A stretch of DNA of 63,787 nucleotides, filler included, from Lenisia limosa (Eukaryota; Protista; Breviatea): assembly GCA_001655205.1 (NCBI GenBank). It is 11 parts of 11 records of this genome, joined end to end, with 100 filler letters (N's around TTAATTAATTAA, not from the genome) between each part and the next. Parts side by side here need not be neighbours in the genome. Positions count along the whole stretch, not along the records: positions 1 to 5,849 come from LPNZ01009403.1; positions 5,950 to 13,098 come from LPNZ01010216.1; 9 more parts are not named here. One strand, given 5' to 3'. Positions within the stretch are counted from its first letter, which is position 1; each line of letters opens with the position of its first letter. Shown here piece by piece: positions 1 to 10,100 of the stretch. Below the pieces are notes generated by a model. It did no database searches. It was not told the DNA's origin and saw only the letters and a program-made list of their open reading frames with translations. A program made the position numbers and the translations under genes.

Positions 1-719
1 AGAAAAGCAACCCTTCCCACATGTTGGGTGTTTGCTCCGTTCTTCGGTGTGTTTGTTTGTATTTTCTTCTGCTGATGTTCTTGTCGTTCTTCTTTCTACC
101 ACATTTCTACTATCTTCTTTATCTTCTTTAACTGCAATTCTGGTCAATCAATAAATAAAAAAGTTGGGGCTGGGTTCCCCGGTCCAACCGTGGGTCCAGT
201 CCAAGTCTTTGGACTTGAAGGGCCCGGCTCGGGTAAGGCTGGAGTTCCCCGGTTCACTAGAGGGGNNNNNNNNNNTTTCTTTGGTTTTTGTGTCAGAATA
301 GCTTGAGTAACAGATTAGGGCTTATTTACAATCATCCCCATAATAGGCATATATTCCCGTCCCTTTCCAAAACGGGAATAATTCTGAAAAAAAAAAAAAA
401 AAANNNNNNNNNNNNNNNNNNNNNNNNNNNNNNNNNNNNNNNNNNNNNNNNNNNNNNNNNNNNNNNNNNNNNNNNCTCCCCTATTACCGAGGGAGAGGGT
501 CTGGGTTCGGAGGGATTCTTACACTTGGAGGAATGGATAATGTACACAAATTACATCAGACTTGTCACACACATACGAAACACAAAGAAAAAACCAAAGA
601 AACACATAGACTGTTGAAAATAATACAATTACAAAGGGATTACTCCTAAAAAGTGAGGGAAAGGATGATTGAAATAAAAAGCAAATAAGAGAAAGGGAGA
701 GAAGGGTGTAGAGCATTAT

Positions 720-3700
720 TGACTTCTGCCTTCAGAAGAAAAGGAAAATCGAGCACTGGTGAGGATCTGATGCTTGATCTTTAAATATAATTGTTTATAA
801 GATTACCTGCAGACCCAAACGTGACAAAACGGCAGTATGCAAATTTGTTCTCATGTATGTACAGTATATTATAGTAAATAATGATATTATTATGCTTGCT
901 TCAAAACAACCCCCCACACACCTGGAAATTCAGGATGGTGTTGATATCGAAATCTTCATTGACCTTGATATTGGGGTCCACATCGTCCCTTAAAGCATGA
1001 GTTTGGCTTTGTACGATAACACAATATTTACGTGTATGGGTTGGAATTTCCTAGAACGTATTGGATAACTCTTTCTCAGTCTTTTGTTGAAGACGGGTTT
1101 TTTGTTAATTAGATAGAGTACATGGGAATCTGTGTCCAAAAAGACGTCAAACGTAGGATTTACCCGATTTCCCATTCAAATCGCTGTATCTTTATGACCC
1201 AATTTTCATGAGAGACTTTACATCAAAAAAAAAAAAAAAAAANNNNNNNNNNNNNNNNNNNNNNNNNNNNNNNNNNNNNNNNNNNNNNNNNNNNNNNNNN
1301 NNNNNNNNNNNNNNNNNNNNNNNNNNNNNNNNNNNNNNNNNNNNNNNNNNNNNNNNNNNNNNNNNNNNAACTCCTGCATTCGCCGATCCTATTGGAGGTA
1401 AAAGGGGGAACATCCTATCTGGCCGAAACCGTCAACAGCATCATGCTTATTAGAGATATTGAATTATAGTACACTATACATATAATAGTATAAATCACCC
1501 ATTTATTTGCCTGTCCTAAGATGGTTAAAAAAAGCCCAAACGAACTTTCAGGGCCTTTAGTTCGGCCCGTCGGCATGCTCGGATCTGGTCGTCTTCCGAC
1601 ATCTCATTGTAGCCCTCAATGGTGGATGTGTCGATCTATACCGTTAGTTTTCCTGGCAGCAACAACAACAAAAAAAATAAAAAATACATAATACTAAGTC
1701 TTTAAACAGAATTGCCGCTTGGTTGATATGTTATCAGAAATGAGAAATGAACAATTAAGTGTCAGGTCATCACCGATCTTTTTGTAAGTAAAAAACTGGC
1801 TTTGTGGTCAGCAAAGAGTAATCAGTTGAATTAAATAGCGTGAGGATTGGGTTAACCGTATCACCCCACTTTCAAGTATAAAAATGATGAAAATCTGGGA
1901 AAAGGTACCAAACCTTCAACAAACACGAGAAATATGAAGTTAAAAAAGGTTGTATCAAGTGAAACCTTCACCATCAGGTCCGTAGTGGGTAATGATGACA
2001 TTAGAATGGCACCCCAACCAGGATTGTTGACGAACGCGTTCGAGACCGAAGGAAAGGGGACATGGGGCTAAAAATGTTAAAATGAGAGGAAATTGGGTAA
2101 AATGAGGATATCATGTAATCAGAATAAGAGGAAATCTTGCAATAGAATAAGAGGAAATTGTGCTATTAAAAAGAAAAATTGTACTATTGGATGAAGAATA
2201 GGAAGAGGGAAACACTATCGATAGTTATCGCGAAAAGTCTTAAAACACCCAGTAATCAACACCTACCTTGAGGGGGTGAGACTGGAGTTGCTATTGACTG
2301 GTTTGAGGCCGGGTGTGGAGGGCATTGGGGGCTCAAGTCTGCGGCAGTCAGAAAATGACTATTTCAAAAAAGCAACATCAAGAAGGGCAAGGGATTCACT
2401 TTCGTTGCAAACGTAAGATGCCATACATGAATATCGATTTATCTCAAATTCATTCCATTTCTGGAACAGGAAAGAGGCTCAATCAGAGAAACCCTACTCT
2501 TTCTGGCGAGGCGTGGGGTCGATCAAAGGCTGAATGCCACTGTCAGACACTCGGCTCACTGAGGGAAGCAAATCCCCTACGGCTGCGGAGGATGAGAAAA
2601 AAAGGCAAAAAACAAAAAACAAATATATCACAAAAGTAAAACCTGCCCGAGCTGTAAAATATATGCTGTACATTAGCCCAATTTATGTTAGGTGTTTGTA
2701 TATGTTGTTAGTAACGCCAGATCTTTATGATCTGAGTGTCAAAAGTGACTGTACTGCAAAAAACAAAACAAACAAACAAAAAATAACAAAAGTCATTTAT
2801 CAACTTACATTGCGTGGCTGAGGCCATCGGCAAGCTTGCTCCCGACCGTGACGACTCGGTTTCCACAAGGGACGGCTGCGACCCGATGACCGAAAGCGAG
2901 TCGTCCACTTCAACAATGGGATTCATGTTGGCCTGGCCGGTCATGGAGGGGGACAGCGGGATGGGAGTGTCGAATTGCGGAGTGATTGTGTTCTTCCTCG
3001 CTGACACAGGAGATGTCAGGACTCGAGGGCTTGTAATTGACCCTGCACTTTTATGGGACCTGTACGAGAGCGACCGCTGCAACTTCTCAGGTTCCAAGGG
3101 CGACACCAGGTCCTCCAAAGCCGTGGCGCTTGTCATCATTCGCATTCGCTGCTTGGCCAGACTGTGCATTGACGATGAGCGGGCAACAGACTCGGTGCGA
3201 GCAGAGGTCTGCGCAACATCTTCAATGGAAACCATTGGGAGGTTATCGGGAGGCGACGCTTCAGCAAATGGAGGCGAGACTCGAGCTTCTTGCTGCTGCC
3301 GCTTCTTCTCTACCTGCTTCCTCTTGATTTCCTCTTTTTTCCTTCTTCGTTCTTCTTTTCTCTTTTGCTCATCTGTCATCGTTTGGCTGTTTTCCATCTT
3401 TTTTCTTTCTTCATCTTCTATTCTCTTCTTTTCCTCTTCCTCTATCCTCTTCTTCTCAGCTTCCTCTTCAATTTTCATTCTTTCTGCTTCTTCTTTACTC
3501 TTCATTTCATCTTCTTTTCTTTTTCTTTCTATTTCTTCATCTATTTTCTTCTTTTCTTCTTCCTTCCTCTTCTTCTCAGCCTCTTCTGTCATCTTCTTCT
3601 TTTCATCTTCCTTTTGTTTTTTCATTTCTTCTTCTTCTTCCATTCTTTTCTTCTCTGCTTTTTCTTCTTCTTCCTTCCTCTTCCTATTTGCTTCTTCCTC

Positions 3701-5730
3701 TTCTTTCCTCTTCTTCTCATTTTCTTCTTCACGATTCTTCTTTTGAACTTCTTCTTCTATTCTTCTCTTCTCTGCCTCTTCTTCCATTCTCTTCTTCTCT
3801 GCTTTTTCTTCTTCCCCTTTCTTCCTAGCTGTTGCTTCTTCCTCTTCTTTCCTCTTCTTCTCTTTTTCTTCTTCTAGCCTCTTCTTTTCAACTTCTTCTA
3901 TTTTTTTCTTCTCAGCCTCTTCTTCGCTTCTCTTCTTCTCCACTATTTCTTCCTCTTCCTTTTTCTTCCTGTTTGCTTCGTCTTCTAACCTCTTCCTCTC
4001 AGCTTCTTCTTCTTCTACTTTCTTCTTCTCTCTTTCTTCTTCTCTCCTTTTCTTCTCAGCTTCAAGTCTCAGCTTTTCAATATCCTCATTTCTCATCCTT
4101 TCCGCTTCCGCTTCTTTATCCTCTTCTCTCTCCATTCGTCGTTTCTCCGTTTCCTTATCCACATTGAACGCGATCAGCCCGGCTTGGTGTCGACGCTCTT
4201 CCTCCTCACGTCGCCGCGCTTCAGGCGTCAACCGCGCCAATCTACGCTCCTCATCAAGAATTGCATTCTCACCGGTCGCGACACTGGCCTCGGAAATGAG
4301 ATTATCGAGTTCGGAAGAGCCCTTCCGAGCCGACCTTAGCGCCTCGCGGCTCTCAGCCCAAACAACCGTTCCACTGAGTGTCCTCGTACGTTCATCACTC
4401 GGGTCTTTCGCCAGTTCACCTTCCATTTCCTTGAGGAAGAAGGACGCCGACTTTTCGATGACCTCGGCTTCCGACATACTACTACCCGGGCCGGATCGAA
4501 CTGACCCAGTTGAAACGGCTACGGCGGCGTCACTATCGGAATTCAGCGCAGCCAAGGCTTGGGATGCCGTCATGGACTGAACTGAGTCCGAACGGTCCGG
4601 GGGCTGGGATGGTTTGACCTTCGCGCTAGACGCATCGGAACTGGTCTGGGAAGCCTCGAAGGGATCCAGGGGGATCAAGGGGCCCGCAGTAGGTGCGGCA
4701 GCTGCCACGTTAAGTGGCGTTAGCGCGCGTAATCCCGAGCTTCCAGCGCCGTCAACAAAGACCTCTGGATCATTTATATCAGACTCCTCAGGGGTCGCAT
4801 CCATTTTACTCAGCGACGAGGATTTGCTGTCGTGGAGATGCGATTCCGAGCCTTGGTTTTGGGAGCGCTGGAACCACGCGTGGGACGGTGTTGCTGACAC
4901 TGGCTTTGGCCGGGCCTTCCAGGCCTTTTGGATGGTCGTTGCGGCCGCATTTCGTTCTTCAGCCGACGGTTGACGCCAAACTGTTATTCCCTCGTTTTGG
5001 CTCACCGATCCAGCCGCCTGCGCCACCAACGCATCCATATCCAGCTTTCTGGGGGTGATGACTGTGTGGGACGCAGACGACTGCATGGAGGAGTTAGGCG
5101 ACCCTTCAATGGGCTTGAGCTGCCGGATGGAGCGACTGTCTACTAAGTGACCTAGGGAGAGTGAATGCTTGTTGAAAAAAAAAGAAAACGCGAGTAGTTT
5201 TGAAAAGGTGAAGATGGTGACAGGTTTTGATGCAATTAATGAAGAAAATTGAGGTCATATGGCATCAGAGATACTATCACCTCCTACCTGAAGGAGTTCT
5301 CTCGTGCTCGGCTTCGTCAATTGCAGACATATTCTAGAGGGATGACACAACCGTACATGAAACACAAGAATATTAATGCCAATAACGAAAGAAGAAATCC
5401 AGGGAAAAAAAACGTATAAGTGTGATGATAAGTTCACAAGACCAACCAGTGAGTCAATTGAATACATTAGAGAGTCACCAGGACGAAGTGGTGCAGGTGG
5501 CGTCATGGTTGAGAGCTGCGAAAGCTACGGGGTCATTTAGACTCAGCAAACACACACCACACACAAAAAAAAAACACAAAACTAATGGTTGCAAAAATAT
5601 CAATCAACAACAGCAGCCCCTACTCCAAGAGCGGTACTCGCATTGGGATCCATATCGACGGCCGATGGGCTGTGAAGCGACCGCGGCGAGCTCGGGGGTG
5701 CCGGGGATCTTGAACGACTGCTAAGCGACC
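720..5730 (-). CDS. Multi-exon orphan protein with IQ-like motif and ~320-aa E/K/R-rich helical segment; boundaries approximate
   Basis: Large exon ~2810-5153 (792-aa ORF) with NAAATTIQKAWKARP and EEEKKRKEEE-type repeats. Further GT-AG exons splice in frame upstream (5270-5320, 5475-5525, 5625-5720) and downstream (9-nt exon 2643-2651, IDTSTIEGYNEMSEDDQIRACRRAELKALK near 1560-1640, DDVDPNIKVNEDFDINTILNFQ near 925-990). Some downstream junctions unresolved. Confidence 0.7.
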
Positions 5731-5849
5731 GTCTTGATCTAAGGGAATGAAGAAACATGGTTGTTTTTGCCCTCAACAGAGAAAATTGAACAGGAGGGAA
5801 TACGAAATAATAAATGATTAAGTATAATGGTATGACACGTAGAAATAAA

Positions 5850-5949
5850 NNNNNNNNNNNNNNNNNNNNNNNNNNNNNNNNNNNNNNNNNNNNTTAATTA
5901 ATTAANNNNNNNNNNNNNNNNNNNNNNNNNNNNNNNNNNNNNNNNNNNN
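5850..5949. other. Artificial contig-joining spacer (44 N + TTAATTAATTAA + 44 N), first of ten
   Basis: Identical 100-bp structure recurs at 13099-13198, 17568-17667, 21906-22005, 25102-25201, 27020-27119, 33008-33107, 41840-41939, 43990-44089, 56000-56099; genes are truncated at these points. Confidence 0.97.
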
Positions 5950-5959
5950 AGACCCCCCT

Positions 5960-7107
5960 GTACCTAGATGAGGCCAGACCGAACACTGATGACGATGAGG
6001 GGTCCACACCGATGCTCTGCTGGCACACACTACACGCGGCTTGTGATATGTCCAACTGGGAAGTAAAATTGGAAATTTATGTCACAAAAAAAGCCCAAAT
6101 GAACTCTGTTGGCTGACAACACACGAGGGTTGATAACTACAAACAAAGCCCAGGCCAGTCGCCTTTGCAAGATTGGAAAATTATGAGGACCTTTATAGTC
6201 TGCTTATCCACACTATATACTATACCTAGATATCCCCCCCACCTTTATCGCCCAGCATCCGCCAGAGTCCTCCACGGCCCGGGCTAATCGGCCGTTCGTT
6301 TTGGCATGAGCAACCCCGGAGGAGTCGAGGGTGAAGTGCTGATCTAGGAGATCTAAAAGCGTGACATCTTCATAAAACTGGTAAAAAAAGACGAAAAATG
6401 TGAAGTAAATTTAAAATGAGTGAAATAATCAATAAAATGTGAAAAAAAAAAGAGGATCAGAAAGGGGATTAACCATCATAAAAACGAAAAATGATATCTT
6501 GAAGATGGCAAATCTGAGAATTATCACCATTGTGAAGATGATAGCAGCTTTTTTTTTTAGCAATAGCAACTGACAGGTCTGCAAATTTACAGTCTTACCC
6601 AATTCTTCTTCAGTTGCCTGGTCAAGTCCGGCCTGGTTTTCAATAGAGGCAACGGTCCAAATCTACATGCATTAAATGGTAATTAGGGCTTCCGTACGGT
6701 CCGAAAAAAGGTAAAATATCAATATTTATCGAGGAATTCTAGAGTAGGAACGGATATTGAGCTTTACCTGTAGTCAATCGTGTCAGAACATTACGGTCAG
6801 TAAGTATATCATACTAGCTATATGCATATATATTGATTTGTTTATTAAAATATTCCAACTTGAGGGGGTAATTCCTTCGGCTGATGACGCCATAGATGGT
6901 TATCCAGAGCCTCTACGACGGTTTGGGCTCCGGAGGCGAGGGAGGCTTCGGAGGTGCCAGCATGGGCAATACGAGCATAGACCTGGGGGGTGCGGGTTAG
7001 ATATTGTTTATATATGGGTATAACTTCGGGAACGGGGAGAAAAATTGGAAAATTTATTAAACAAAAAAAGCCCAAAATCAACTCAATTGGCTGGCAGCAG
7101 AGAGAGA

Positions 7108-7144
<37 letters not shown>

Positions 7145-10100
7145 NNNNNNNNNNNNNNNNNNNNNNNNNNNNNNNNNNNNNNNNNNNNNNNNNNNNNNNN
7201 NNNNNNNNNNNNNNNNNNNNNNNNNNNNNNNNNNNNNNNNNNNNNNNNNNNNNNNNNNNNNNNNNNNNNNNNNNNNNNNNNNNNNNNNNNNNACAAGCTT
7301 CACAAGGTCGGCGTGCCCCCTCAGAACGTCCAAACACACAGAAGATCCCAAAGCATCGCTCATAGCAACAACAGCTTGATTACATAAGCGTGAAGAAGGC
7401 GGTAGATACTCCGCAGTGCTTCGGACGAATTCAGGTCGAGTCGGACCAGGAGATGACCAAATGGCCGCGATTGAGTCCCACACGGCCCGGGTTGAGAAGA
7501 AAGTGGCCGCCGCCAAAGCTAACCGCGGCTTTCCTAGCCATGCTGCTGCGGATATGGCCGTTGTGTACTGCGCGTCAGCGATCAAACTTGCGCAAAGAAG
7601 TTGCATGTAAGGTGTTGACGGGGCTGAGACGTGCTGGATGGTCAGTTAGTTTGAATGATGAGGGGGGGGGGGTAAAACGAAGGAATTTTCGATGAAAAGT
7701 ATTGGTGCTAATAACGAACTGAATAATCTGAAACTCCAAACAAAAAACAAAAAAAAAGCAATAACAAACACGAGCAACCAACGCTAAAACTAGACAAAAC
7801 CATAATACTCATCTTTATCATCATCATCATAATAATAATATGCACAGAAGGAAAACTAACCGTCACCCCTCCCCCCCACATCAGAATCCGAAAACACGGC
7901 CACAGCAGTGGACAAGATAAGTGACACCGATGAAGACGACGTCCTCGCCAAATTCCCAATGTAAGACCGGAGACATTCACGGTCCATTCCTGGCATCAGC
8001 AAGGAACTGACAGCCTGGCGGTTTTCAGGACGACAGAGGGGCAGGAGTAACACTGCAACTAATGCAAGTGAAGATGGGCTTTGTACGGCGGCAGCAAGAT
8101 GGAAGGCAAGAGTGGCACATGATAGATTTGACAGAATTCCCGAAATATTCGGCCGTGGGAGGTCGGACGCGGAAGGCGCCGTGTCGGCTCGGATGTGGTC
8201 CGACAGTTCCGTTGGGCCACACAAAACCACGGCAGCGTAGGCAAGAACGCAGCGTTTTGCGTTGATATCCGGGGACTCCCAGGGCGAAAACGGGTTCTCC
8301 ACACCAAGAAAGGCGGCAACCACCCAGTACGGAACGGCTAAACTGTTCAGTCCAGTCCAGTTCATTTCGGTGACCATATTGCCGACTATGGCTGCGAAAT
8401 GAGCCGACGGCTTCGGGGGGTACTCAATGTGCGTATCGGGCTTCTGCGGGTCCAAATTCACGGTGGCGCGGATGACGAGAAGCGCCACGTTTGGCCAAAA
8501 TGACGCAAACGCCACACGCAAAATGGCATCAGGAGCCACCGGACCAAGACCACGCACAACGTCGTGATTCTCAAGCCACCCTGCAACACTCTTATCCGAG
8601 GCTTCAACATACACGTCCTCGTCAGAAAGCCCCATTAAACTCTTAGTCTTTTGGTCGTCTGTTTCCTTGGCGATTATCATGGCTTGTTCTGAGGGTATGA
8701 CGCCGTAACACAGTCCAAGCACAACCAGGCGAAGTGTTCGTGCCGGGTCGGAATTATCATCAGAAAGAGAAAGAAGAGAACACGCAATTCCTCGCGCAAT
8801 TTCACTTGAGGCGTGCGCGTGATCCACTGGAGATGCAGGGTCATGTAGAACGGTACTCAGCATCGTCTCGGCCTGGGCTACAAAATCCACCACAATTAGC
8901 TTGTCTTGAATGTCGAAAGCTACGGTCGGCTCGGAAGTAGTGGACTCGGAAATTGTCGGCTCGGAAGTTGTCGGCTCAGAAGTTTGTGGTTCCGACGTTT
9001 CAGTCACATCAAATCCGTGCGTCACCTCGAGCGAGGCGGCCGGAAGGTCGGCAGACTCACTAACCGAAAGCTCGGATGAATCGGGAATTGTTTCCGGGGT
9101 TTGAAGTGAACTCACAACACTTGATGATGCCGACGGCTGTTCAAACTGAATTTTCGGGTCGTCTGGGGTAGACACGGGGTACTTCGGGGTGCTAGGGGGG
9201 AGAGTGTCGGGGGTTACTGGCGTTTCTGGCCTAAATTCTGAATTTTCGTCAAGGGAGGAGGCAATTACGGCTGTGGGAGGTTGGGGGTCGAGGCGGCTTT
9301 CTTTTTTAGGCAAGTCTGCTTCCTTATTAGGCAGGTCAGCTTCAATATTAGGTAACTCCTTATTCGGCAACTCCTTGCTTGGCAACTCCTTATCAGGGAA
9401 GTCCTTATAAAGAAAGTCCTTATTAGGCAAGTCGGAAGCGCGTGACTCTTCGGGGACGAGAATTGGGGGTGATGGAGTAGGGACGGGAGTGGCCATTGAC
9501 GCCATAGGGTAGGGCTTTTGGTCCACGACAAAGCCTGGGGGGGTTATACCATGGTGGGTAGTAAAATTGCAAAATTGATGTCATAGGAAAGCCTAAATCA
9601 ACTCTGTTGGCTGACTCGGGAATATTGAAGAATTTATGTTATAGAAAACGCCTAATATCAACCCTGTTAGCTGACAACACACGAGGGTTGATACAACAAA
9701 ACAAACAATGCGCAGGCCAGTCGCTTCTGCGTACCGCATCACTCCAGCGTAAAACACGTATATTTTTATTAAAAAAATGGAAATGAAATGTTGAAGGGGG
9801 ATAAGTATGAAGATTTCATAACGAAAACTACGATTGATGTTTTTGTAATCAAAGATGGTTTGAAAACTAAGAAACACAGCAAACATACCAGCAAGAAGCG
9901 GGGCATTGTCAGCCGCTCTCTGGAGTTTGTTTTTCCTAGAGCAAATTAGAGCATCACTAGGGGGGGGGGGGNNNNNNNNNNNNNNNNNNNNNNNNNNNNN
10001 NNNNNNNNNNNNNNNNNNNNNNNNNNNNNNNNNNNNNNNNNNNNNNTAAAACACTGGTGAACGGGTAAAATGAATTTATAAACAAACAAATAAACTCAAA

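Noticed and set aside
1400-1450. Apparent exon HDAVDGFGQIG
   Set aside because: It is a copy of the 46-50 bp repeat family and runs into a stop.
2814-4580. Long Phe/Ser/Leu-rich + strand ORFs (also 11694-12816)
   Set aside because: Antisense shadows of E/K-rich minus-strand exons.
5894-5905. TTAATTAATTAA palindrome repeated ten times
   Set aside because: Always centred in exactly 44+44 Ns; a linker with stops in all six frames, not biology.
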